Assembly: GCA_963422375.2 (NCBI GenBank)
Contig: OY729428.2
Location: 2,752,001-2,816,000 of the forward strand
Direction: 5' to 3'
DNA length: 64,000 bases
From: Bryobacterales bacterium
Lineage (GTDB): Bacteria > Acidobacteriota > Terriglobia > Bryobacterales > UBA6623
Shown: positions 31,183 to 40,499 of the stretch, piece by piece
Layout of the letters: each line of letters opens with the position of its first letter
How positions within the stretch are numbered: position 1 is the first letter of the stretch
Program-made: the position numbers and the translations under genes
The notes under the pieces: generated by a model
What the model was told of the DNA's origin: nothing
The model's database searches: none
What the model saw: the letters and a program-made list of their open reading frames with translations, nothing else

Positions 31183-32652
31183 ATGAATTCGGTCGAGCAG
31201 CAAGCGATCCGCACCGAGACCCGCAGACAGTTCTTCGCCCGCCAGGCCAAGGGCATCGGAGGCATCGCGCTCGCCAGCCTGATGGCGGACGACGCGCGGG
31301 CGTCCAAGACCGGCAGCGCCGGGCTCGGCGGCCTGGACTACCTGCCGCATTTCGCTCCCACCGCGAAGCGCTGCGTCTACCTCCACATGATGGGCGCGCC
31401 GCCCCAGATGGACCTGCTGGACTACAAGCCGGCCATGCAGGACTGGTACGACAAGGATCTCCCGGAATCGGTGCGCCAGGGCCAGCGGCTGACGACCATG
31501 ACGTCCGGCCAGGCGCGCTTCCCGATCGCCCCGTCCGTGTTCGAGTTCTCGCAGCACGGGCAGAGCGGCGCGTGGTTCTCGGAAATCCTGCCGCTGACGG
31601 CCAGCATGGCGGACGACCTCTGCGTCATCCGCTCGATGAACACGGACGCGATCAACCACGAGCCCGCGATCACGTTCATCCAGACCGGCCGCGAGGTGCC
31701 GGGCCGGCCGTGCATCGGGTCGTGGATCTCGTACGGCCTCGGCAGCCTGAACCGCGACCTTCCGACGTTCGTGGTCATGAACGCCGAGCGCAGCCACCCG
31801 AAGGCCGGGCAGCAGGCGATCTCGGCCAAGCTCTGGAGCTCGGGCTTCCTGTCGCCCGAGTACGCCGGTGTCGGGCTCCGCGCCGGCGCGGACCCGGTGC
31901 TGTACGTCAACAACCCGGACGGCGTGACCCAGAACGTGCGGCGGCGCATGCTGGACGGTCTCGCGCGGCTGAACCAGATGCAGCACGAGCGCATCGGGGA
32001 TCCGGAGACGCTGGCCCGTATCGAGCAGTACGAGATGGCCTTCCGCATGCAGACCTCGGTCCCCGAGATGAGCGACCTCTCTTCCGAGCCCGAGAGCACC
32101 TGGAAGCGCTGGGGCGAGGACGCGCGCGAGCCGGGCAAGTTCCAGAACGCCGCGCTGATGGCGCGACGTCTGATCGAGCGCGACGTGCGCTTCGTGCAGA
32201 TCTACCATCGCGGGTGGGACGTGCATAACAACGCGCCGGAGGTGCTGCCCGCCCAGGCGCGGGACGCCGACCGGGGGGCGTGGGCTCTGGTGCAGGACTT
32301 GAAGGATCGCGGCCTGTTCAACGAGACGCTGGTCATATGGGGCGGCGAGTTCGGCCGCACGATCTACTCCCAAGGAGAGCTCACCCCGACGGACTACGGG
32401 CGCGACCACCATCCGCGCTGCTACAGCCTCTGGATGGCGGGCGGCGGCATCAAGGGCGGCATGGTCTACGGCGAGACGGACGAATTCTCGTACAACATCG
32501 TCAAGGATCCGGTTCCGATCCGGGACTACCAAGCCACACTGCTGCACCTGTTCGGCATCGACCACGAACGCTTCACCTACCGGCACCAAGGCCTGGACGC
32601 CAAGCTCACGGGAGTCGACCCGGCGCACGTGGTCAAGGCGATCCTGGCGTAG
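31183..32652 (+). CDS. DUF1501 family protein (Tat signal)
   Basis: TRRQFF, HFAPTAKR, DLLDYKP, INHEPA, GWDVH, WGGEFGRT and GRDHHP. Confidence 0.92.
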   Translation: MNSVEQQAIRTETRRQFFARQAKGIGGIALASLMADDARASKTGSAGLGGLDYLPHFAPTAKRCVYLHMMGAPPQMDLLDYKPAMQDWYDKDLPESVRQGQRLTTMTSGQARFPIAPSVFEFSQHGQSGAWFSEILPLTASMADDLCVIRSMNTDAINHEPAITFIQTGREVPGRPCIGSWISYGLGSLNRDLPTFVVMNAERSHPKAGQQAISAKLWSSGFLSPEYAGVGLRAGADPVLYVNNPDGVTQNVRRRMLDGLARLNQMQHERIGDPETLARIEQYEMAFRMQTSVPEMSDLSSEPESTWKRWGEDAREPGKFQNAALMARRLIERDVRFVQIYHRGWDVHNNAPEVLPAQARDADRGAWALVQDLKDRGLFNETLVIWGGEFGRTIYSQGELTPTDYGRDHHPRCYSLWMAGGGIKGGMVYGETDEFSYNIVKDPVPIRDYQATLLHLFGIDHERFTYRHQGLDAKLTGVDPAHVVKAILA

Positions 32653-32660
32653 GGAGGCCC

Positions 32661-32666
32661 TATAAT
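32661..32666 (+). promoter_or_regulatory. -10 box (TATAAT) of rnpB
   Basis: Perfect TATAAT with a 7 nt spacer before the P1 5' end of RNase P RNA. Confidence 0.7.
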
Positions 32667-32673
32667 CAAGGCT

Positions 32674-33046
32674 GGGTCGGTCGTCCGGGCAGTCGCGGCG
32701 CCCGCGGGCGCCGAGGAAAGTCCGGTCTCCGCAGGGCAGCGTGCCGGCTAACGGCCGGGCGGCGCATCCGCGAGGAGGCGCCGACGGAAAGTGCCACAGA
32801 AAAGATACCGCCCCGCCACGCGGGGCAAGGGTGAAATGGTGCGGTAAGAGCGCACCGCGTGCCGGGCAACCGGGACGGCAGGGCAAACCCCACGCGGAGC
32901 AAGACCAAATAGGGGGCGAGGCGGCGGCCCGCCGCGACCGAGCCCCGGGTAGGTCGCTAGAGGCGCTTGGCAACAGGCGTTCGAGACGAATGGCTGCCGC
33001 CCGCCCGCGGGCGGGGACAGAAACCGGCTTACAGGGCGGCCGGCCC
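32674..33046 (+). ncRNA. rnpB: RNase P RNA, bacterial class A
   Basis: GAGGAAAGTCC (32713), GGAAAGTGCCACAGAAA, GGGTGAAA..GTGCGGTAAGAGCGCAC, GGCAAACCCC..GGAGCAAG and ACAGAAACCGGCTTAC (33017). The 5' GGGTCGGTCGTCC pairs with the 3' GGGCGGCCGGCCC (P1). Confidence 0.97.
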
Positions 33047-33072
33047 TGCCGCCCGGGCCGCGAGCCCGGCCC

Positions 33073-34158
33073 TCAGCGCCCCGACCGCGGGCGCGGCCGT
33101 TCCGGCTTCGGGCAACAGCCCGGCGGGCAGACGTCGGGCAGCGGAGGCAGGCGCCCCGCGCTGGCGCGAGCCGCCCCGACCGCGAGGCGCTCCCCGATCA
33201 GGTCGCACACGCCGGCCACGAAACGGGGATGTATTCCGACCGTTCCCGCCCGCGCGTACTCCAAGCCGGCTTCCCGCGCCACCTCCGCCGCCTCGACGTC
33301 GAGGTCGAACAGCACCTCGATGTGGTCGGAGAGGAATCCGATCGGCGCGACGCAAACCCGCCGCAGCCCCGTCCGGCCCGCCTCGCGCAGGCTCTCGCAC
33401 ACGTCCGGTGCGAGCCACGGCTGCGCCGGAGGCCCGCTGCGGCTCTGGAACACCAGCTTCCAGCTCGTCGCTCCGGCCAAGTCGCTCGTCAAGCGCGCGG
33501 CTTCGCGAAGCTGCTCGACATAGCGACAGCTGGCGGCCATCGATAGCGGAATGCTGTGCGCGGTGTAAAGCACCGTCGCCTTCGAGCCGTCGCTCCGCCC
33601 GAGGCGCGCCAGAGCCGTTCGGACGCGGTCCGCCATCGCCTCGACGAATCCCGGATGGTTGAAGAACGGGCGGATCTTGTCGACCTCCGGCGCGCCCCCT
33701 CCCAAGGACGCGCGCGCGGCCTCGATGTCGTCCAAGTACTGGCGGCAACCGGAGTACGAGCCGAAGGCCGAGGTGACGAACGCGATCGCTCGACGCACGC
33801 CGTCCCGGGACATCTCGCGCATCGCCGCGGGCAGCAGCGGGTGCCAGTTCCGATTCCCCCAGTAAACCGGAAGGTCCCGGCCCCGGGTGGCCATTTCCGC
33901 GCGCACGGCGCCGATCAGCGCCCGGCACTGACCGTTGATCGGACTCTTGCCGCCGCATCGGTCGTAGTGCCGGGCGACTTCCAGCAGCCTCTCGCGCGAC
34001 ACGGGCCTGCCGCGCACCACGTTCTCCAGGAACGGCATGACGTCCTCGCGCCGCTCCGGCCCTCCGAACGATACGAACAGCACGGCGTCGTAGCCGGCTC
34101 GGCCCGCGAGACCGCCTGGAGTCCCGCCGACGCGACGGACTGCGGCTACGCCTCGCAC
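33073..34158 (-). CDS. hemH: Ferrochelatase (HemH/CpfC type) with C-terminal Cys cluster
   Basis: SFGGPE..DVMPFLENV, HY...GGKSPIN, YWGNRNWHP, TAHSIP, FQSRSG..WLAPD, GFLSDHIEVLFDLD and CPPGCC. Start approximate. Confidence 0.92.
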   Translation of the reverse strand: MRGVAAVRRVGGTPGGLAGRAGYDAVLFVSFGGPERREDVMPFLENVVRGRPVSRERLLEVARHYDRCGGKSPINGQCRALIGAVRAEMATRGRDLPVYWGNRNWHPLLPAAMREMSRDGVRRAIAFVTSAFGSYSGCRQYLDDIEAARASLGGGAPEVDKIRPFFNHPGFVEAMADRVRTALARLGRSDGSKATVLYTAHSIPLSMAASCRYVEQLREAARLTSDLAGATSWKLVFQSRSGPPAQPWLAPDVCESLREAGRTGLRRVCVAPIGFLSDHIEVLFDLDVEAAEVAREAGLEYARAGTVGIHPRFVAGVCDLIGERLAVGAARASAGRLPPLPDVCPPGCCPKPERPRPRSGR

Positions 34159-34679
34159 GACCGCCCCGCCAGATACAGGCCGGCGAATATTTTCGGGTCC
34201 AGCAGGCATCCGGCGCCTTCCCGCTCCCGGAGCCAGTCCCGCACGCCGTGCAGCGGAACTAGGTGAACGGTGATGCTCTCGCCCTCCACGCCTCCCCCCG
34301 CGCCGACCTTCCGCAAGCCTTCCGCTAGTATGAATGACACGATCTCGCTGGTCATGCCGCCCGAGCTCGGCGCGCGGGCCAGCACGCTCATACGCTCGGC
34401 GCGAAAGCCCGTCTCCTCCTCCAACTCGCGGTTGGCGGCATCGCACAGACTCTCGTCCTTGAAGTCCTCCTCGTCTCCCACCAAGCCAGCCGGCAGCTCG
34501 ATCATGGGCGCTTGGACGGGGATTCGATACTGCTCTACCAAGACGATCTCGTCCGCGGTCGTGATCGCCACCAGAACCGCAACATCGCGGACATTCACTC
34601 TCTCGACGTACTCCCATCGCCCGCGCACGACAAACCGCAGGAAGCGCCCTTGGGCAACGATGACGGGCCGGTCGATCAA
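34146..34679 (-). CDS. NUDIX hydrolase (ADP-ribose pyrophosphatase-like)
   Basis: VLVEQYRIP..IELPAGL...ANRELEEETG Nudix box; TTG start overlaps the pncA stop. Confidence 0.9.
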   Translation of the reverse strand: MIDRPVIVAQGRFLRFVVRGRWEYVERVNVRDVAVLVAITTADEIVLVEQYRIPVQAPMIELPAGLVGDEEDFKDESLCDAANRELEEETGFRAERMSVLARAPSSGGMTSEIVSFILAEGLRKVGAGGGVEGESITVHLVPLHGVRDWLREREGAGCLLDPKIFAGLYLAGRSCEA

Positions 34680-35290
34680 GGCAGGCTCCGGTCCGAAACG
34701 ATCGCGACGCCGGCCGAGCGCATCTCGTCCCAAGCCCGCTCTACGTCGCCCGGCTCGAGGTCGATTCCGCGGCAGCCCTCGCAAACGACAAGCGTGCGGA
34801 GGCCTAGCGCAGCCGCGTCGAGCGCGGTGAACTTGACGCAATAGTCCGTGGCGAGGCCCAGCAGGCAAACTTCTTCGATCCCCTTCGACCGCAGATGCTC
34901 GCCCAGACCGGTGGACCGGCGGTGCGCGTTGTCGAAGAAGGCGCTATAGCTGTCGAGCTGGCTGTCCGTCCCCTTCCGGAAGACTGCGTCGATGCGATCG
35001 AGATCCAGGTCCCGATGCAGTGCCGCGCCGCTCGATTCCTGAATGCAATGGTCCGGCCAGAGCACCTGGGGGAGTCCGCGCAATTCGATCGAATCGCCCG
35101 GCTTCCGCCCCGAGTGCTGGGACGCGAAGCTCCCGTGGTCGACAGGGTGCCAGTCCTGCGTCGCGACGACCCAATCGAACCGCTGCGCGAGCCGGTTGGC
35201 GACTTCGACGACCTCGTCGCCGCGCGGGACCGCTAGCGCACCTCCGGGCATGAAGTCGTTCTGCAGGTCGACTAGGATCAGGCAGCTCAT
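34676..35290 (-). CDS. pncA: Nicotinamidase/pyrazinamidase
   Basis: VDLQNDFMPGGAL, TQDWHP..H, WPDHC, KG..DSYSAFFDN and GLATDYCV. Confidence 0.95.
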   Translation of the reverse strand: MSCLILVDLQNDFMPGGALAVPRGDEVVEVANRLAQRFDWVVATQDWHPVDHGSFASQHSGRKPGDSIELRGLPQVLWPDHCIQESSGAALHRDLDLDRIDAVFRKGTDSQLDSYSAFFDNAHRRSTGLGEHLRSKGIEEVCLLGLATDYCVKFTALDAAALGLRTLVVCEGCRGIDLEPGDVERAWDEMRSAGVAIVSDRSLP

Positions 35291-35395
35291 TCTCGGCGAG
35301 GGCGGTGCGGTCCTCCGTTCCGACGCGCCTCCCCAATTATGGGCCGAAGCGCGAGCCGGGGAGCGACGTCCCCGGAGCCGCCCGGCCCACTCCAG

Positions 35396-36304
35396 CTACC
35401 GAGCGGCCTCGAGGTCATACCGCTCCAGGATCCTTCTCATGTACCGTCTGACCCGCGGACCGTGGTCCGGATCCGCCACCGCGAAGGCGATGAATGTCTC
35501 GAAGTAGCTCGGCATGTTGCCGATGTCGAAGCGCTTCTCGTCCGCGCGAAGCCGCAGGCCGCGCACTGCGCCGCCCTCTTCCGCGATCCGCCGGATGGCG
35601 TCGGTGATCTGCACCTCGTCGCGGCGGTCGGGCCCCACGCGCCGAATCATGTCGAAGATCCTCGGCGAGAAGACGTAGCGCCCGGCCACCGCCAGGCGGC
35701 TCGGAGCTTCCGCGGCCGACGGTTTCTCGACCAAGGTGCGGATCGGGAAGGACTCGCCCGCGCCGCCCGGCTCGACGATCCCGTAAAAGCGCACGTGCTC
35801 CGGAGGCACTTCCTCCACCGCGACCACGACGTCGGCTCGGTGCCGGATGAACTCGTCCGCCATGCGCCGGCAAGCGACCGAGTCCTCCCCGAGGCCGATG
35901 ATCGAATCGCCCAAGGCGACGATGAAGGGCTCGCGGCCCGCGAAGGACTCGCCGTGCAGGATGGCATCGCCGAGACCGCGCTGGACGCTCTGCCGCGTGT
36001 AGAGCACGTTGAGGCCCAGCTTCTCGAAGTCCAGCGCGAGCTGGAGGTCCACCCTGCCCGCAATCCGCAGCGACTCCATGAGCGCGGGATCGGGGTCGAA
36101 GTGATTCTCGATCGCCGCCTTGCCGCGCCCTGTCACGAACAGCAGATTCCGGACGCCGCTGCGGGCTAGCTCCTCCGTGACGTATTGCACGATCGGCTTG
36201 CGCGCGACCGGCAGCATTTCCTTGGGCTGCGACTTGGTCGCCGGCAGCAGCCGCGTCCCCAAGCCGGCGACAGGGACCACCGCATTCGGGATCGGACAAT
36301 CCAT
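35396..36304 (-). CDS. galU: UTP--glucose-1-phosphate uridylyltransferase
   Basis: AVVPVAGLGTRLLPATKSQPKEMLP, RQ...GLGDA, VEKP, EVQITDA and RFDIG. Confidence 0.92.
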   Translation of the reverse strand: MDCPIPNAVVPVAGLGTRLLPATKSQPKEMLPVARKPIVQYVTEELARSGVRNLLFVTGRGKAAIENHFDPDPALMESLRIAGRVDLQLALDFEKLGLNVLYTRQSVQRGLGDAILHGESFAGREPFIVALGDSIIGLGEDSVACRRMADEFIRHRADVVVAVEEVPPEHVRFYGIVEPGGAGESFPIRTLVEKPSAAEAPSRLAVAGRYVFSPRIFDMIRRVGPDRRDEVQITDAIRRIAEEGGAVRGLRLRADEKRFDIGNMPSYFETFIAFAVADPDHGPRVRRYMRRILERYDLEAAR

Positions 36305-36329
36305 CAATGCCACGGAATGCAGGAAATCG

Positions 36330-37160
36330 CTAGCTGGGCGCTCCGCCAAACTGGAAATCGTCCAATGTCAAGCTGCGATTCCAGACGTCGATGAACAGGG
36401 TGCGCATGGCGCTGCCCAAGCTCCGGTGCTCGAAGACCAGGGCGGTAATCTTCTGATGGCTGACGACGGGATCGTCCAAGGAAATCATCCCGCTGTGGCT
36501 GTCGAATAGCGCCAGCTTCAAGGGGACGCTCCAGCTCAGCCTCACCTCGGCTCCGGCTTCCTCCAAGAGTTCCAGCTTGTCCTTCCCGTCGGCCCCCCCG
36601 ACTTCGCCGGCGTCGAACATCAGCTTGCAGGACGTGCCCTTGTCCGCGAGGCTCCTGACGATCGGCTCGTGGACCGGGTCCACGGCGTAGGGAGGGCGCG
36701 CGAATTCCAAGTACTCGTTCGATGTCTGGAGCAGCATGTGCCGGTACTCCTCCACGATCTGCCTCGTGTCGGCGATGATGCGCAGGTAATCGAGCGGGCT
36801 GTGCCCGTTGGTCCCGTCCTGATACACGGCCGCCAGGTCGTCGCTGAGCTTCGCTGCCAGCTGCTGGCGGTCCTCCCATTCGCGCAGGAACCGCTCCCGC
36901 CGTCGACTCAGATAGCCTTCCAGCGCGAGCCGCGGCTCGACGGCCGAGAATTGCTTCGTCTTTCCGTGGACAACCCGCACGAAGCCCTTGTCGACCAAGC
37001 CGTTGAGCACGTCGTAGATCTTGGCCCGCGGGATATTCGCCCGGCCCGCGACATCGAGAGCCTTGAAATGGACGTGGCCAATGAGAACCATGTAGGCCTT
37101 CGATTCGTAAGCATTGAGGCCGATGTCGTGGAGCCGTCTCCTGTGAAGTTCCAGTTCCAC
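36330..37160 (-). CDS. TrmB-family transcriptional regulator
   Basis: IGLNAYESKAY..L....A..IPRAKIYDVL..L..KGFV wHTH; C-terminal PLD-like effector domain (LKLALFD). Confidence 0.88.
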   Translation of the reverse strand: MELELHRRRLHDIGLNAYESKAYMVLIGHVHFKALDVAGRANIPRAKIYDVLNGLVDKGFVRVVHGKTKQFSAVEPRLALEGYLSRRRERFLREWEDRQQLAAKLSDDLAAVYQDGTNGHSPLDYLRIIADTRQIVEEYRHMLLQTSNEYLEFARPPYAVDPVHEPIVRSLADKGTSCKLMFDAGEVGGADGKDKLELLEEAGAEVRLSWSVPLKLALFDSHSGMISLDDPVVSHQKITALVFEHRSLGSAMRTLFIDVWNRSLTLDDFQFGGAPS

Positions 37161-37339
37161 CTCCTTGGATTATACCGAGCGACGCGCGCCGGAAGCCGAA
37201 TTCGACCTAGCCGGGTAGACAGAGCGCCAGCGAGCAGGCGTTCCCTGCTCGGTGCCGGCACTGGCAGCGGCGCAGATGGAGGGGCTGGCCCGGATCGACT
37301 CGAACGAGGCCTGGCGGGCCGCTGGCCCGCCCGCGCGCC

Positions 37340-38878
37340 TCAGGCGCGCCCGTTCCCCAGAAAGTTCGCTCCGAGCTCGACGTCCCCCAGCGTCACGCGA
37401 GCGCCCGGACCGATGCCCCGGGCCGAGCCGGGCTCCAGCTTGATCCCGTCCACGCTCGTGCCGTTGAGGCTGCGCAGGTCCTCGACCATCAGCTCGCCGT
37501 CCCGCAGGAAGAGGCGGGCGTGGCGACGCGAGACGCTGTCGACGGCGATGACGTAGTCGGCGTCGGCGGAGGAGCGCCCGATCACCTGCCCGTCCTGCGA
37601 GCGGGCTACAGCGGTGCCGTTGATCTTGAGGCGAACCTCCTGCCCGTCGGGCCCCGTCCCGGAGAGCATCACGTCCGAGAAAGTGGCACTGCTCCGCTCC
37701 AGATCCTCCCGCGCGCTGGCCAGCCTCTGCTCGGACTCGGACCGCTCGCGTCGACGAGCCCTGCGCTGCGAGACGCCGAATGCGATGCCGGCCAGCAGCA
37801 GCACTCCGAGGCCAATGCCAACGATTTGCTGAACGCGCACGACCTCTCCCTGCGCGCGAAGCATTCCCTCGTACCGCTCGCTCTCGGCGCGCCGCTCCTC
37901 CTCGAGCGAGAGCAGCTGCTCTTCGAGCGACGCCTTGGTCCGCGTGAGTCCGTCGATCTCCTTCTGCCTCGCCGCAACTTCCTGACGACGGCTCTCTAAG
38001 GAGTCCTCCAGCCCGCTCTGCCGGGTCTCCAAAGTCTGGATCTCGGCCTGGATCCGCGCCTTTTCCTCCTCGGCCTGCTTCTTGTCATCGCTCGTAGCCT
38101 TTTCCAATTCATTGAGCCGCGCTTCCAAGGCGGTCTTCTCTTCGGTCACCTTCTCCTTTTCGGCCTCGATCGCGGTGCGCTTCTTATGGATCTCGGTTTT
38201 TGCCGCCTCCGCCTCGGCCAGCCTAGAGTTCGCCTCCTCCAGCTCGCCCGCCAGCTGCTCCCCGAGCGGCAGGCAGGCCTCCGTCGCGGCCTTGTACTCG
38301 ACGCCGTTACTGGCTAGGAACTGCTTCACAGCGGGCAGGGAGCCGCTAGACCACAGATTCTTCTCCTGCTGCCTGAAAAAGCCGATTCCGACAAGCTCGT
38401 CGCAGTTGTTCAGCACCGGCGCGGACACTTGGTCCGGTCCGTCGACCAAGGCGTACCGATACGCGGTCCTTCCGTCCGGGAGCTCTTCGACCGACTGCAG
38501 CGCGCCTTCCCGGTGGCTACCGCCGGGACTCGGCACGCGCGCGCTGCGGCCCGCCGTGGGCGCGTCCAAGGCGACGGCCGCGGGCTCGGAAGCGAACCCG
38601 GAGACGGCTAGCAAGGCGAGATCCTGGCGAGCGTCGCCGACCGTCACGGTAGCAATCAGCTGCGCCGACGTATCCGGATCGGTCACCAAGCACTGGTCGC
38701 TGCGTCCGACCAGCCCGTAGCTGGCCAGCAGGACGCCTTCCGCCACGGAAATCGCGATGCCGCTCTCGCCCGCGTTGCGGCCCTTGTTGACCGCGACCGA
38801 ATACACCGTCGCGCCTGCGGCGCCGACGGCCGCCGACAGCGTCGCTGCCAGCGCGACAACATGTCGCATGCCTGTCAT
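37340..38878 (-). CDS. Signal peptide - degenerate trypsin-like domain - coiled coil - TM - FHA domain protein
   Basis: GGGAGG RBS; DLALL and APVLNNCDELVGI trypsin-like elements; long E/K/L heptad region; IVGIGLGVLLLAGIAFGV TM; VIGRS..DSVSRRHA..VEDLRSLNGT FHA. Confidence 0.82.
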   Translation of the reverse strand: MTGMRHVVALAATLSAAVGAAGATVYSVAVNKGRNAGESGIAISVAEGVLLASYGLVGRSDQCLVTDPDTSAQLIATVTVGDARQDLALLAVSGFASEPAAVALDAPTAGRSARVPSPGGSHREGALQSVEELPDGRTAYRYALVDGPDQVSAPVLNNCDELVGIGFFRQQEKNLWSSGSLPAVKQFLASNGVEYKAATEACLPLGEQLAGELEEANSRLAEAEAAKTEIHKKRTAIEAEKEKVTEEKTALEARLNELEKATSDDKKQAEEEKARIQAEIQTLETRQSGLEDSLESRRQEVAARQKEIDGLTRTKASLEEQLLSLEEERRAESERYEGMLRAQGEVVRVQQIVGIGLGVLLLAGIAFGVSQRRARRRERSESEQRLASAREDLERSSATFSDVMLSGTGPDGQEVRLKINGTAVARSQDGQVIGRSSADADYVIAVDSVSRRHARLFLRDGELMVEDLRSLNGTSVDGIKLEPGSARGIGPGARVTLGDVELGANFLGNGRA

Positions 38879-39022
38879 CACGTCAGTCCTCCCTGTCTCC
38901 ATTTTCCGCAGCGCGGGGTTCCCGGCCGCCGGGGCGCGATCGCCGGGCACGCCGGCCTGCCCGGGCCGAATCGACACCGGCCGACGCCGGTGGATGCGGT
39001 CCACCCATACCGGACAGCCTCG

Positions 39023-39799
39023 CTAGCGGCCCGGGGCGACCGCCGGTTCCGGGCCGGTCACCCGGAACGCTATCACCGTAGCGTTGTCCTGGCGGGGGCG
39101 GTCCCGTGCCGCGACCTCCCGCAGAATGCAATCGACCAAGCTTTCGGAGGATGCAGACGCGTCGGCCGAGGCGAGCGCGGCCAGATCCTCGTCCGAGCAG
39201 GTCTCGACGCCGTCGCTTCCTAGGAGCAGGATGTCCCCGCAAGCGAGTTCGAGCGGCACGTGCGGCGCGTCGACCAGCTCGATCTCCCTGCCCAGCACCG
39301 CTTCTGCCAGCTCGGACCGGGAGGCCGCGAGGAGCGCCGCGCCTAGCGATGCGCCTGGCGGCGCGGCGCGCTCGTCCAGCACGCTGCCGACCGAGTGATT
39401 CTTGTTCAGCCGACGCAGCGCGCCTTCCCGGAAGAGCCAGAGCGGGCTGTCCCCCACGCTGACCCAGAGCAGCTCGCCTCGGTTGATCGCGACCGCCACG
39501 ACCGTCGTTCCCATACCGACGCAATCGGGATCGGACTGGATCCGGTCGAAGAGAGCGTAGTTCGCTTCCTGCAGAGCCCCCAAGAGGCGGTCTCTCTGCG
39601 ACAGGCTCGCCCGCTCCAAGTAGGTCCGGCGGAAGCTGTCCACGACCGTGGAACTGGCGACGTCGCCGCTGGCGTGCCCGCCCATCCCGTCCGCCAGGAT
39701 CAAGAGATGGCAGTCGTTCGGCCAAGTCAGGCAGGCGACGCGATCCTGCTGCCGCTCCCGGCGGCCTTGCATTTGTCCCCACGCGATGTCCGCAGGCAC
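39023..39799 (-). CDS. PP2C-family Ser/Thr protein phosphatase
   Basis: GRRERQQD, LADGMGGH..G..AS, GMGTT, VGDSP, LNKNHS, GSDGV and QDNATV. Confidence 0.93.
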   Translation of the reverse strand: MPADIAWGQMQGRRERQQDRVACLTWPNDCHLLILADGMGGHASGDVASSTVVDSFRRTYLERASLSQRDRLLGALQEANYALFDRIQSDPDCVGMGTTVVAVAINRGELLWVSVGDSPLWLFREGALRRLNKNHSVGSVLDERAAPPGASLGAALLAASRSELAEAVLGREIELVDAPHVPLELACGDILLLGSDGVETCSDEDLAALASADASASSESLVDCILREVAARDRPRQDNATVIAFRVTGPEPAVAPGR

Positions 39800-39801
39800 G
39801 G

Positions 39802-40485
39802 CTAGGCGCTCGGCCCCCGCTCGGCCTCGCTCCACATGAATTCGTCGCCGCACAGGGCCACGAAACGCAGCGTGGTCGCGCCCATCGACAGGGAGCAACC
39901 GTTTTCCAGAATCGTGGGCTGGAGCACGGGCTCACCGTTCAGGTACACCAGGTTCACGCCCGATCCCACCTGGAGGTAGTACTTGTTGCCCTTGGGATCG
40001 TACGTAACGCGGGCATGATCCGTACGCGAGATCTCCCTGTCGCCGAAGTCCAGTTGCACTCTTGATTCGTCGCCCCGCCCGATCTTGTTCAAGCCGTTTC
40101 CCAGGGGGACGAAGCAGCCCTGGCCGGGGCCTTCCACGACCACCAGCCACCCTACGACAGGGTCGTCAATGCCCCGCCGACGGGAGGGAGGGAGGGGCTC
40201 GTCGTCTCGGGCGGGTCGCGGGCCTCCCGCGATCCGCGTCCGGGGCTCCTCCGCTTTCGCAGGGGCGACCCGAGGGGCGCTGTCCGCGGTCGGGCGGGTC
40301 ATCGGCCTTGTCGTGGGCTCGTCGTCGTAGAACAGCGGACGCCGCGCGGAGCGCCCCGGGTCGCTCCCGCCGACACCGGAGCCTCTCGGGCCCGGCCCGT
40401 CGCCGAAAATGGACCTCTTCTCGCGCCTGAAGGGGGTGGAAGGCACGTCGACCGGCACCCCGTCCGGGCCGAACTTCTTGGCCAT
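39802..40485 (-). CDS. FHA domain protein with disordered Thr-containing N-terminus
   Basis: GGAAAGGAG RBS before MAKKFG; PVVGWLVVVEGPG.G, NKIGRG, DREISRTDHA and NLVYLNG. Confidence 0.88.
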   Translation of the reverse strand: MAKKFGPDGVPVDVPSTPFRREKRSIFGDGPGPRGSGVGGSDPGRSARRPLFYDDEPTTRPMTRPTADSAPRVAPAKAEEPRTRIAGGPRPARDDEPLPPSRRRGIDDPVVGWLVVVEGPGQGCFVPLGNGLNKIGRGDESRVQLDFGDREISRTDHARVTYDPKGNKYYLQVGSGVNLVYLNGEPVLQPTILENGCSLSMGATTLRFVALCGDEFMWSEAERGPSA

Positions 40486-40499
40486 CGCTCGCTCCTTTC

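Noticed and set aside
833..33523. Long antisense or alternate-frame ORFs (e.g. 833-3124, 7485-9410, 15649-18357, 30907-32973, 32666-32908, 32741-33523)
   Set aside because: Shadow ORFs of high-GC genes or of rnpB; Arg/Pro/Gly-rich with no recognisable motifs.
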